A stretch of DNA of 62,499 bases, the filler included. It is 7 parts of 7 records of this genome, joined end to end, with 100 filler letters (N's around TTAATTAATTAA, not from the genome) between each part and the next. Parts side by side here need not be neighbours in the genome. Positions count along the whole stretch, not along the records: positions 24,717 to 34,962 come from SRR7504441_20; positions 35,063 to 41,423 come from SRR7504441_23; 5 more parts are not named here. The stretch is one strand, 5' to 3'. The stretch's first letter is position 1. The number at the start of each line of letters is the position of its first letter. Below, piece by piece: positions 24,717 through 36,149 of this stretch. The translations under genes and the position numbers were made by a program. A model generated the notes under the pieces. The model made no database searches and was not told the origin of the DNA. It worked only from the letters and a program-made list of their open reading frames with translations.

Positions 24717-25379
24717 GAGGCTGGGCAGAGCGAGGTGCCTGCCGCGCAAGAGCTCCACAACACTACCGTCGGAGCTCCGCCCGAGGCCAGGGACGCAGCA
24801 AGGGTGCTGGCGCTGCCGCCCGGTGTGGCTGTCGCGTGCATGGTACACGCCGCCGACTGCCCAGGCGAGCTCCCCGCCCCCGGCCAGGCTCCGCCTGGAG
24901 TGGCGGTGGTGCATCGCATATCGCTGGTGCACCCGTTCTGGGCATCGCTCTCGCATCAGGAAGAGATCTGGCGGATGCTGGCGTTCCAGCGCTGGCCCGG
25001 GATTACCCCGACGCTTGCCCTGGCCGACTGGCGCCGCTTCTTCATCCGCCGGTACCGCGTGCTGCGGGAGCACCCCATGGGGTTCCCATACCCAACCGGT
25101 GAGGTCCCTCCGATTGAGAATTGCGGCCTGGCGAGGCTGGCGCCCGTCGAGGACCCCGATTGGGAGTTCAAGTGCCCGGTGGCGCTCAGCCTGTTGCAAC
25201 GGACCAAGTCGGATACGGTGGATTACTGCGCTGTGTGCAGGAGCCCCGTGTATCTAGTCGAATCACTCGAGGAGCTCCAGGTGGCCACTGAGGAGGGGAA
25301 ATGCGTAGCGCTCGCACCAGGCCTAGTCAGCATCAGGAGAAGGCGTGTAAGGCGCCCAAAGGGCAAAAGACGCCGCTGA
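24717..25379 (+). CDS. 5'-truncated F-box-like protein with C-terminal Cys-rich putative Zn-binding domain and basic NLS-like tail
   Basis: F-box-like LALPP...ISLVHPFWASLSHQEEIWR..W...WRRFF, then FKCP..L.RT...YCAVCRSPVY...E....GKCVA, then RRRRVRRPKGKRRR. Confidence 0.6.
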   Translation, partial: EAGQSEVPAAQELHNTTVGAPPEARDAARVLALPPGVAVACMVHAADCPGELPAPGQAPPGVAVVHRISLVHPFWASLSHQEEIWRMLAFQRWPGITPTLALADWRRFFIRRYRVLREHPMGFPYPTGEVPPIENCGLARLAPVEDPDWEFKCPVALSLLQRTKSDTVDYCAVCRSPVYLVESLEELQVATEEGKCVALAPGLVSIRRRRVRRPKGKRRR

Positions 25380-25652
25380 GATCCGATGATACGTATCAGT
25401 ATGAGTATGTACTCGGATGATATCAATCGAGTGCACTTCGCAGCCACCGGGTCGCAATAGGCGTCCGAGTGTAGCTACACGGTCATTCGAGACAGTCTAA
25501 TAGTACTTAGTCTAGTAGACAATGATTAGTTAGAGGCCGATCAGGCCATCCCGAGTAGCACAGTTCCCATTAATCCAATACAATATCAAATGCACCTCAG
25601 CGCGACGAATCAACGCCGGGCGCCACAGTCGGATCCGCGCGGTGGATGTCAT

Positions 25653-26217
25653 TCAGCTAGACTCCACCTTCTTTGTGGCATCGACCTCGCTGACCGACAG
25701 ACCTTTCCTCACCCCTTGCGCAAACGCTGAACCGACCGAGTACACTTCGCCGGCGGCCTCCCGGCCCATCCCCACCACCCGATCGGTCAGCTCCGGCGCC
25801 TTGGCCTTGCCCACCGCGGTCGCCGCCAGCCCGGTCAGCCCCACCATCAGCGTCTTCTTGAACACAAAGGCCGCCTTGAGCCCGCCCCCCACCAGGGCCG
25901 CCCCTTTCAGCACAGAGTCCGCCGTCTGCTCCTCCACCCCCGCCCGGGCGTACGCCTGCCACACAGCTCTCGCCCGGCCCGGCCCGGCCGCCGCCTGTCG
26001 CTTCACTGCCGCCGCCCTCTCCCCGACCCGGTGCTGCCGGGCAGTCTCACTGATCGCCTTCATCTGAACCCCCAGCCGCCGGCCCAGCGCCTGTCTAGCC
26101 GGTCGGGTGGCCCGCCCGGGAAGGCACCTCGCAGCCCTGCAGTAGCTCGGACCGGGCCGGCCGCGTGCAGAGCTGGCGCCGCAGCGTCATTTGGACGGCT
26201 GTCATCGCCCTGGCCAT
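25653..26217 (-). CDS. Hypothetical protein with mitochondrial presequence-like N-terminus; 1 intron
   Basis: MARAMTAVQMTLRRQLCTR... is joined by a 37-nt GT-AG intron to ORF 25653-26063. Confidence 0.55.
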
Positions 26218-26272
26218 TTCCAAAAAAGAGCTCCCAAATTTTCTGCGACTCGTGAGCCAGCGCCACGTGGCA

Positions 26273-26725
26273 ATGCTGCGGGCCTCTCTGTCACGGGCGC
26301 GTCCACTGCTCCGGGCTGCCGTGTCACGGGCGACATCGCGGGGGCTGTGCAGCGGCGGGCGGCAGTACCTGGCGAGCCACGAGTACATTAGGATGGCCGA
26401 CGGGAAGGTCGGGATCACCGAGTACGCCCAGGACTCGCTCGGGGAGATCGTGTTCATCGACCTGCCGGAAGTGGGCGACGAGTTCGAAGCGGGCGAGCAG
26501 TTCGGCGAGATCGAGTCGCTCAAGGCGGCCTCGGACCTGTTCCTGCCCGTCAAGGGCCGAGTGACCGAGGTGAACGGGGAGCTGAAGGATCGGCCGACGC
26601 TGATCAATGAGGACGCGGCCGGGGCAGGCTGGATGGTCAAGGTGGAGGTGCTCGGGGTGGACGAAGCGCTGCTGCTGGACGACCAGCAGTACGAGCAGGT
26701 CTGCCTCGAGGAGAAGGCCGAGTAG
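26273..26725 (+). CDS. GCSH: Glycine cleavage system H protein (mitochondrial)
   Basis: Arg-rich presequence, then HEYI, VGITEYAQDSLGEIVFIDLP, lipoyl motif GEIESLKAASD, PVKGRVTEVN and GWMVKV. Confidence 0.96.
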   Translation: MLRASLSRARPLLRAAVSRATSRGLCSGGRQYLASHEYIRMADGKVGITEYAQDSLGEIVFIDLPEVGDEFEAGEQFGEIESLKAASDLFLPVKGRVTEVNGELKDRPTLINEDAAGAGWMVKVEVLGVDEALLLDDQQYEQVCLEEKAE

Positions 26726-26871
26726 TAGTGGTGCAGCTATACATTAGGCCGGCTGATTGCAACTGGTACATGATTGTGGTGATCCGCGGGGCATAGTAAG
26801 TAGACTAATAGTAGACTAGCTATAGAATATAGATACTGATCACGTATCGAGTCGGCTCGGCTCTCTACAAG

Positions 26872-29021
26872 TCAGCCCTCTGTCGGCTCCGGAAAGCACG
26901 GTGGACCGTGAAACCCTCGGTACCGTCGATCATACTCAGCAGGGCTCAGGCAGTGCTTCCCGTCGCTAAAATTGCTTTGAAACACCTGCACCCGATCGGC
27001 CCACCCCACCGCACGAGCCACCTGGGCCTGCAGCGCAGCCACCCGCCCGAGCAGCTGGTCAAACAGCTCGGGCTGGTCCCGGCGCAAGTTGACATGCTCA
27101 GTCGGGTCAGCGGTGAGGTTGAACAGACAGCCGTCCGGGCACCCTGGGTTGGTCGCATCGTACAGACTGTTGTTCGGGTGGAGCGGACCGGTCCAATAGC
27201 CCAGGTTTCCCTGCCGAGCCTCATGCGCAGCCCGGCCTGGCGGCACTCGCCTGGTCTCCAAGCACAATCTTCAACTCTCCTGAAATAAGCGCACATGAGC
27301 TGTTCACCTAGCACCGACGTCAATTCTTTTCAGGGGATGGACGGGACCTTTCCATTGACCACACAGCTGGACGTGATGTGCAGCGGAAGTTCCGAGCGAG
27401 GGCCTGACCGTGCTGAGCCTCGGCCACTGGGTGACCCACCTGGCTGCCCGGGCTGTGTGATGGCGGGCCAGACATTCAGCCCATCGACGCCCGGCAGCCC
27501 GGCGGCCTCGGCCGCGTGGTCTGCAGCATCCACCTGGTCCCTGTGAGCCTCGCCTAACGGAGCAGGCTGCCACCCCCGCTAGAGATAGTATAGTGGTGTA
27601 CCAATCGGCCAGAGCTATAAGAGCCTGGCTGGTGGTTCCTCGCGCAGCACTCGGCACAAAACCTCCCGAGACCACCTGAAGCCTTCTCACAGCGCACTGG
27701 AGCGGGCTGGCACAGTGGAGAGCTTGACGCCGCCCTCGAATGAGGTGTGCTTGCCGCCCCTGTGAGCAACAGTCAGCTCGAAGGTCTCAGCAGGGAGAAG
27801 GGGGAGTAGTGAATAGATGAATACCGGAGAGGGAAATTGTTCCCAGCACCCTGCGCGATGTTGATTGCACCTCCGCTGCAGCCAGCGTCAGCAGCGCGCG
27901 TGGCCGGAGCCGTACTTGTCTGCAGCGACAATCACGAGCGCAGAATCCCACAGTCCAGCCCTGTGCAGCGCCTGTGTGACATTGCCCAACGCTTGGTCGA
28001 CCACACTTGTCATCGCGTTAAACGTGTGCCGATCCGATGCAGTCCCGCCCTTCGTGCTGTTCCCGTGCACGCCAACTCCTCGAGCTGCCGTCTCATTGTC
28101 GTAACAATAACACCACGAGTGCCCGGCCGTGCTGGGCCCCTCCGACGGGCAAGCACTGCTCACGCCCACCCCGCTCCGACCATCGGTTGAATTGTAACAG
28201 TACCGAGTAGGCACCTGCAGCGGTGCGTGCGTGTTCGGCCAGGCTAAATATAGAAAGAGCCCCTCCGGCCGGCCGGCGTGTGCTTCGATTATCTTGACAG
28301 CCTCGTCCGCAAACAGCTCGCTCGAGTAAGTGCCGTTCCTGCACTCAATCATCGGGGCCCGACACCGGCGACGCACCGGCCCCAGGCAGGCGCTGCGTCG
28401 GCCCACAGATCGACCCGGCTGCCATACCCGGAGTCGGGCACCTGCTGGGTGAAATGGTTCTCAGCTCCCTTCAGGTATACCAACGATCGGCCTACCCACA
28501 GGCCTGAGCCGCCCTACTGAGAGCTGCCGCCGGCACCGAACCCTCTCGCCATCGGCAGCTGGGCCGGGCTGCGGGCCCCGGCGTGCCACTTGCCCACGGC
28601 CGCAGTGGCCCAGCCGGCGCGCTGGAGCTTGGCCGGGAGGAGAGTCATCCGTTGATCCGCACCGCCCAGGCTGGCAACGTCTTGTGGCTGGCCCTGGTTC
28701 ACCCGCATAGGCAGCCGGCCCGAGCTGCCCACACAGTCAGTCCAAGCCCCTCCCGGGAGGGGAGCACAGGAAGGATGAGCGGGAGGGCGAGCAGAACTGG
28801 AAACCGTAGTGCCGGGCGAGCAGCACCCCGCCTGCCGCCAGCCGGTCGAGCTCGGGAGTGCGCATCTCCGGGTCGCGCCAGCCCACGTTGTGCCAGCCCC
28901 AGTCGTCGATGAACGAGAACACCACCACCTTGGGCCCACCGCCCGCCGCCCCGAGCGCACCGAGCAGCACGACGAGTGCGACGCATCTCGGCACTGCTGC
29001 AGCGACGCATCTCGGCACCAT
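26872..29021 (-). CDS. Secreted arylsulfatase B-like sulfatase (S1 family); multiple introns
   Basis: Signal peptide, FIDDWGWHNVGW, TPELDRLA..G, FGly motif FCSPSRSSFLSGR, VGKWH, FLYLAWPNTHAPLQVP and CLFNLTADPTEH. Confidence 0.92.
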
Positions 29022-29059
29022 GCGAGGCTGGCAAAAGTCCGTTAGTTCGGAGGGCCCCA

Positions 29060-30070
29060 ATGCAGCAGAGTGGGGGGGACCCGGAGGCCGAGGTGGAGGA
29101 GCGCGAGGTGGCGGCGGAGGCGTACGACTCGGACGTGGAGCAGGAAGAGCCCGATGACGCCCAAGTCGTCCGCTCCCCGCTGCCCGGCTGATTGGCGGCA
29201 GGAGCTTGCGCAGTTGGAGGCGGCACTGACGGCTATAGAGCAGGAAGACCTATATCAGAACCGGGAGCCCGTGGCCTGGCAGCCGCCGCCGGAGGCGCTG
29301 CCGACTGGGTGCCGGCTGGGGCTGGGCAGACTGACGGCGGGGGAAGGTACGTGGAGCCAGTAACGGACATGATCGACCCGTGCGAGCTGCGGGAGCTGCT
29401 GCAGGCCAAGGTCGCCGGCGGGGGCTGGCCCGGGCGGGAGCAGGTGGGGCAGCGGGCGGTGGCGGTAGTGGATGTGCGCGACGACGACTGGGCCGGTGGG
29501 CACCTGCGCGGGTCCAAGGTGCAGTGCGGGGGCTGGCCGGGCCCAAAGCCGTGGCAGCACTGCCCGAGTGACGAGTTCGAGCAGAGGACACGACCGTTAC
29601 TGAGCGAGGTAACGGACTATCCGTTGGGCCAGCGAGCCCGGGCAGCTCCGGGAGGGTCCGTTGGAACTGGTGGCGTTCCTGTGCATGACCTCTCAGATCC
29701 GGGCCAAGTTGTGTGCTGGGCACGTGAGCGCTCGGCTCGCCTAGGGCTCTGGGCAGCACGGGGGGCAGCTGGCCCAGGCCGGGCAGAGCGACGGGTGGGG
29801 TGCGCACTCAGCCCCCCGGATGTGTGCCCCCTGGGCCTGCCAGGGGCTGAGTGCGGGCCAGTTGCGTGGTTCAGGGCGGGTTTCGGTCCGTGCTGCACTT
29901 TCTTGGCCCGAGCAGCGATTTAATCGAGGATTACGCCTCGGAGCAGTGGGAGGTGGGGCGGAGCGAGGGGCGGGGCTCACGGGGGGCAGCCAAAGCTGGA
30001 CGGTTCGGGCGAGTTATTGTACGCTGGGAGCCAGTCACAAGGGTTTGATGACGATTTCTTTGGGATTTGA
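29060..30070 (+). CDS. Cdc25/Acr2-type rhodanese-fold phosphatase or arsenate reductase; multiple introns
   Basis: Spliced motifs VVDVRDDDWAGGHLRGS, active-site CX5R (FLCMTSQIRA), VVQGGF and LIEDY. Exact exon borders are approximate. Confidence 0.78.
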
Positions 30071-30530
30071 TCATGAGAATCCCAGAGCCCGTCGAATCGA
30101 CTAATTAATCCCTTATACTAGTACTTGTATAAGGCTCTAGGGGCTAGAGTATGCCATGTACAAGTACTTGTAGTAAGTAATGATTGTAGTAAATACTATT
30201 TAATACGAGTACTCTCGAGTGCTTTGATAACGAATGCTAACTGCTTGTACCGGGAGGACTCTCTTCTTCAAACATGGAGGACTGCGCGGGTGGGCTTGGG
30301 AACGATGAACGGAGCTGGTCTGAACAGCGGGGAGGGGAGGGGGGGTGGCACGCGACGATTAGCCCTAGAAACGGGACCTCTCCAGCTCCGGCTGGGAGGG
30401 AGATTGTAGTCTATGCGCTATAGCTAAGAGTGAATATGAACCGTGTCCGGCGAGGTTCGGACCTATACCTGTGTACTTAGCGCGGTTCGCTTTGCCGCCT
30501 GCGCACATTTATAATTCATTTTACTAGTTT

Positions 30531-33500
30531 CTATGCACACTTAGGTCGCTTTCGTGGCCAAAAATTGGCTTCGCTAGGAACAAGGCTCATGACAGCAGGT
30601 ACAAGGATTTTGGTTGAAACGAAACAAGCGAGAAGCACACCAATGCTCATCACAAAGGCCACCTGATTGAGAACAGGTGTGTCACAAAAGAGCAAGGCAG
30701 TGAAGGCTATCAGCATTATAACGCCAGCGACCGCAACAATGTTGCCAGTATGACGCAGTGCGCCGATGACAGCCTGCCGGCCATCAAGCCCATGGTCAAA
30801 GTGCTCAACAACACTTTCTGTGAAAAAGATATCATAGTCCAAACCGAGGCCACAAACCATGTTGAACGAGATTGTGGGCGAGATCCAAAAGAGTGCTCCG
30901 CACGAACGCTTGAAGCCATTTATGCCTGTCCACTCCAGGGCACCATCTTGGTAAACAAACACTGCAAGGCCGAACGTGACGATGAAGATCCAGATCAGGC
31001 AGACAACAGCACGAAGGGGAATAAGGACCGACCGGAACGCCACCATCAGTATGACCCCCACCACACCCAGAGTAGCGCCCATGACTTTGGGCAGAGCATC
31101 AAAGGTGTCATGTGAGGCATCAAGCTGCTCGCCACCCATTCCAGCCAGGTACAAATTGCCAATATCTGGGTTTTTGATCTTGGCGCGCCCCATGGCGTCT
31201 CGCATGGCTTTGATCCACACCTAGCCAATAGGATCAGCACTAAAGAGAGTCATGCATCTACCTGCCCGTCGGAGGAGAATGGATCGAGAGTGAGCTTGAT
31301 CATCACCTGACAAGCAAATCAGAGAAGCATACTGCCCACTGACCTTGGTCGCTGTACGGTCAGTGTTGCCATAAAACGACAGCAGACTATCCCCAATCGA
31401 CGAGACAATAGGCAGTGGCAGCTCGAGGGCCACTGTCAGTTCCCATATGCAAAAGCCACTTTGGATCATCACGCCACTGAAATCAGAGATGCTCATATTG
31501 TACTGAACCCCCTGAGCATGCAATGTGCTTGTGACATCAGACGCAATCTCAGCTAAGGTGGCACAGGTCTCATTCAACCAGAAGGGGTTCTCAAGGGATG
31601 CCCTATCTGGTGGCTCTATCATCAGTGTGTTTGGAAAGATGGTACCTGAACCGAAGTTTGCTTGAAGCTTAAGGAATGCACTTGTGGTGTCATCGCTCCG
31701 TGGGAGCATCGACTGGACGCCTTCAATATAATCCATTGGCTTCATCCCCAGAGGTGTTCCTAGCAATCGCAGTCCAAACGGCACAGCTGTTGCCACAAGA
31801 GCTAGAATAGTGACCAGCCAATGGCGCTGCACCCAGCTGCCTAGCCGCGCCCACAACTTGGCAGCTGGTCTAGGGTGCTCCTCCTCCGACGATTCTACGT
31901 CGTTGGGTTCCAGGTCCGAGGTCAAGCTGCGTGGTGTCCAGGGGACATCATCCTCGGCCTCACACTTGATGCTAGATCGCACAGGAGATCCAACACCTGA
32001 TTGTTCCTTCAAGTCGGCAGAGCCAGTGACACGACATGCAGAGTCATCTGCAGCTATTGGCACGCTAATGGAATCAGACTCTCTGGGCATAACCGAGTCC
32101 CTAGTCTGTTCATCTGGTTTGATAGTTGTAGCATCGCCCTCGTGATCCAGCGGGGAATATGCACATTCTTCAGAACCAATCCCCGCAGCTGCCTCCTGAT
32201 TCTCTTCCAAGCCACCTGCATCTCCCACTCGACTGAAACCTGTCGAGGCATCAATAGTACGCTTGCCGATGCCAATGCTGTTCAGAATGCCAATATCATC
32301 TAAGGTGCAGCCCCATCTACGATTGGAGGCAAAGAATTCAGGCGCACAGAGGAGCACTGCAGGTTGCATCGTGAGCGCAGCCAGCATGGTGAACAGCACA
32401 GAGAACGAAGCACAAACCCCCACAGTGGACAGGGTAGAAGTCGGTATCAGCAGCATTGCCAGAAAGACCATAAAAAGCACACATCCGGATAGCGCTATCG
32501 TGTGTCCAGCTGTCCTGAGAGTGGCCTCGACAGCTGCTGCGGCACTCGGATTGTGACGGGCCTCTTCATTGAATCGCGAAAGCAGGAAGAGTGAATAGTC
32601 AATGCTCAGTGCGAGAACGAGGGCAAGCATGATGGCAGGGGCGAAGGCCGTGACCGAGACAGCGGAGGCGAAGGGATAAGCCACACAGAGAGCCGCTGTC
32701 TGGCCACATCCAATATTGAGGAGCCCAAGCAGCAGCAGTCTCACAGAGCGGAGCATTGCGAAAAGCACCAAGAACAGAAGCGGGGACAGCATCACTGATA
32801 GATCCATGCCAGCATTAACCCCATCCAACACAGTCTGATACACAATGGGCATGGAGATGACGGACAGCTGCATGTCAGGCTCCGAAGCTTCATGTGTAAA
32901 TTGCTTGAGTCTTTTCTGCAGCGAAGCAATCGGAGTGCAATGATCCTCGCCACTGCAACACACAGCATCTCAAATAGGTCTGATGCGAGCTATTGGCACC
33001 GCAACACACAGTCCGAGGTGAGTCGCTGGCCCTTGCAGTCGGTCGCCTGCACCAAAGCGAGCGTGTGCAGCCTGTCGGGAGAGAATATCTGATCTGCAGC
33101 GTATCGCTTGATCAAATCATCAAGTATTTCAGTGACAGATGCATTATCCAGATTGAACGGCAGCACCCACGGCAATTTGATGTCATACTCACTGATGAAT
33201 ACGTATCGGCACTGCTGGCTGTCCAGCTCGCTTCTTGTCATCTCCAAGACACTGTGTGAAATATCAGCTGCTCGATCACTCGGAGGCAGGCTGTGATTCT
33301 TGAACCCGCAGTGGCTCTCCCATGGGCAGCTGACGTTGTTCAGGGTGTGGTGCGAAAACGGGAAATACGGGTAGAATAGGCACAGGCCTGCAAGCCGATC
33401 AGCCAGCCATCGGCCGGAGGTGCACCGCAGGTCTTGTTTTTGAGTGAGGGCAGTGAAGAATTATGCCGCAGCGGGGTGTCGGCGCTGGTCATGACAATCA

Positions 33501-33930
33501 GCTGGATGGGATCTGGCGGGAATCGATAATCATAGGCCGCCCGAGCAATTCCGGAGGCCGAGTTTGGCGGTGGGTCGATCGACAGCGCGAGTAGGCTGGG
33601 GAAGCTGGTGTACAGCGCGGCGCCGATGCAGAACAGCGCGATCCATGGGACCAGCGTGGCCGCTCTCACCTTGTTGCAGGTGGCGAGGCCGTGGACGAAT
33701 TTGGTGAGCAGCGGTCGGGCATTGGCCGCTTGGCTGTGAGCAAGCTGCTCCTCCAGCTGGAGAAGCCGCTCTTCCAAGCCGCTCAGCCGTTCATCACCGG
33801 CTGCGCTGGTGATCGCATCCGAATTTTCCGGCGCGGCTGCGGCCATCTCCGCAGGCGGCACCGCCTCGGCCTGCATAGCTTCCGGCGCGGCTGCTGCCAT
33901 CTCCGCAGGCGGCACGGCCTCGGCCTGCAT
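30531..33930 (-). CDS. MMPL/RND-superfamily membrane transporter; several introns
   Basis: Two RND halves: ALSIDYSLFLLSRFNEE...TLRTAGHTIALSG and GLGLDYDIFF.ESVVE...ALRHTGNIVAVAGVIM.IAF. Confidence 0.88.
33823..33930 (-). repeat. Two-copy 54-bp in-frame tandem repeat (MQAEAVPPAEMAAAAPE) at the MMPL N-terminus
   Basis: Direct repeat visible in both the DNA and the translation. Confidence 0.85.
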
Positions 33931-34053
33931 AGTGTCAGCGTACTGTCAGCGGCGCTGTGTTCGTCCACGTTGCGTGGGAACTTTTAACGGAATTTCGCAG
34001 CTCTCCGCCGTCTCGGAGCTCTCTTCCGGCGCTTCCGGCGCTCATCTCATCTC

Positions 34054-34962
34054 ATGCTCAGCCGGCTCTGCGTCTCGAAGCCGAGGGCCGCGGCTCGGAC
34101 GCTCGCCCCGCCCGCAGTCCGGCGGCTATGCACCGGTCGGCGAGGGGCGCACCCGCTGGTCGGGCTGGCGGCGGGGCTCGGGGCCGGCGGGCTGGGCTCG
34201 CTCTGTGGCGTAGGCGGAGGGCTTTTGCTGCTCGGGGCGTTCAAAAGCTTCTCGCGGCTGTCGATGCACCAGATCACCGCCACCACCATGTGCGCGCTCA
34301 CACTGGGCACCACCGTCGGAGCCGGCACGTACCTATCCGAAGGCACCGCCAACCTGCCGACTGCGGCGGCCGTTCTCTCCACCTCCGCCATCTGCTCCGT
34401 GGCAGGGACCAGGCTGGCCGGGCGCATCCCCGGGGGCACGCTGGGGCAGCTTCTCCGGCCAATAATTGTGCTCTCGGTGCCGGTCGTGTTGTCCAAGACG
34501 CGGCTTGCTAGGGAGTGGCTGCCCCAGCTGTGTACCCAGCCCCAGCCTCGCTCTCTGAAGCATACAGTGCCCCACCATAACATGACGGCCGAAGAAATGA
34601 TCGCAGAGCTGCAGGCAGTGGTGGCCGGCAGTCCCAGCGCCATGGCCGACGCCACCCGCCGGTACATCGCTGTGCACTGGCAGCACATGGCAATTGGGGC
34701 AGTCTCAGGCTTGGCGACCGGGCTGTTGGGGGTGGGCGGCGGGCTGGTGATGATGACGCTGCTCGGCAACAGCATGCCGCAGCACGAGGCGGTGGCCACG
34801 TGTATCGTGGTGATTGTCCCTACAGGCGTGATTACCTCACTGATGAATGCAGCGGCCGGTAGGCTGCACCTCGTAACGGCGGTCGGTGCGGGTCTCGGTA
34901 ACATGGTAGGAATGTACGGCGGCGCAAAATACTTGGCTCCATACGTCGATGAGGACAAGCTT
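34054..34962 (+). CDS. TauE/SafE (TSUP) family sulfite/anion exporter, 3'-truncated, with presequence-like N-terminus
   Basis: Duplicated motifs G..G.LGSLCGVGGG...HQITATT and GLATGLLGVGGG...QHEAVAT. Confidence 0.88.
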
Positions 34963-35062
34963 NNNNNNNNNNNNNNNNNNNNNNNNNNNNNNNNNNNNNN
35001 NNNNNNTTAATTAATTAANNNNNNNNNNNNNNNNNNNNNNNNNNNNNNNNNNNNNNNNNNNN
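34963..35062. other. Artificial contig linker
   Basis: N44-TTAATTAATTAA-N44. Confidence 0.99.
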
Positions 35063-35429
35063 TCAGATGCAAAATGTGGTCGATGGGTTTCAACTCTTGA
35101 AGGATAATAGCACGACACCAAGTCTATAGCCTGTAATTACAACTTAATTAACGAGAACACTAGGAATTATGATACTATATGCAAGTAGAATCACTGATGG
35201 TATTACGAGTACATGTACTCCTACGTAGCATTATACAAGTAACTCATACGTCGAGTATGACAATCACGAGACAGATAGAGATATTGTACGTGCAGCTAGA
35301 TAACGTCGCTAGGCAGAAACCTTATAGGTTTATTACACCACTAGAGAGAGAGAGAGTACTCGTACTGCCAACAATTATAATAGCTAGTACTGCCAACAAC
35401 GGTTAGTACGGTGCGCATGGTCATGAATG

Positions 35430-36041
35430 TCACATCCATTGGGAGAATCTCATGCCTCCACGCACTGGCAAGCTGCACCCAGCCGCCAGCATATCTGCAC
35501 GTGCGCGGCGGGCTTGCTCAGCGAAGTATTCGCTGTTCCGCAGCCACAAGTTTGTGGGCCGCACAGCTGGCACCGGTTCATCGCCCGGCTCGTCACCGGA
35601 CTCCGGATCCGCTGGCTGGTTGAAAACAATCTCCAGCCCGGGTCGCAGCGGCTGGTTGGCTGTATCTTGCATCTGTTGGGTAAACCACACTAGAAATGTC
35701 TCGAATCTGAGCTGACCAGTATGCGCCTCCAGCCTCCATTCTCGCTGCCACCGTCGCGGCAGGCTGTATGCTGAGGCCAGCTCTGCTCCGCACACTGGCG
35801 TCTCCGCCTCGCCTGACCGTCGGTCGAAGGCCGCCCGAGCCGCCCGTAGCGTGAAGGTGCCCAGCGCCGCTCGGTCCCAGCACCGTGGCAAGCCAGCAGC
35901 GTGCCGGCGGCCGTATCGTCGGGCCAGGGCCTCGGCCTCGAGCTGCGCCACCAGCAGCGCGGTGTAACCGACGCCCTGCTTCGGTAGCGCGTCCCACAGG
36001 CCCTGCAGGGCGTCGTCCCAGCTCGCAGGACACCGCCCCAT
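35430..36041 (-). CDS. Hypothetical protein
   Basis: ~203-codon ORF from ATG 36041, divergent from the CocE gene as in the other pairs. No recognisable motif. Confidence 0.5.
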   Translation of the reverse strand: MGRCPASWDDALQGLWDALPKQGVGYTALLVAQLEAEALARRYGRRHAAGLPRCWDRAALGTFTLRAARAAFDRRSGEAETPVCGAELASAYSLPRRWQREWRLEAHTGQLRFETFLVWFTQQMQDTANQPLRPGLEIVFNQPADPESGDEPGDEPVPAVRPTNLWLRNSEYFAEQARRARADMLAAGCSLPVRGGMRFSQWM

Positions 36042-36149
36042 CACCAACCGACCCCTGCGCCTTCCTCCCGTCCGATCGTCAACCCCTGAATCCGTTGCTT
36101 CGAGTTCGCGAGCAAGGCACGGAGGTGCCGCTCTCTTAGAGCGCAGGGG

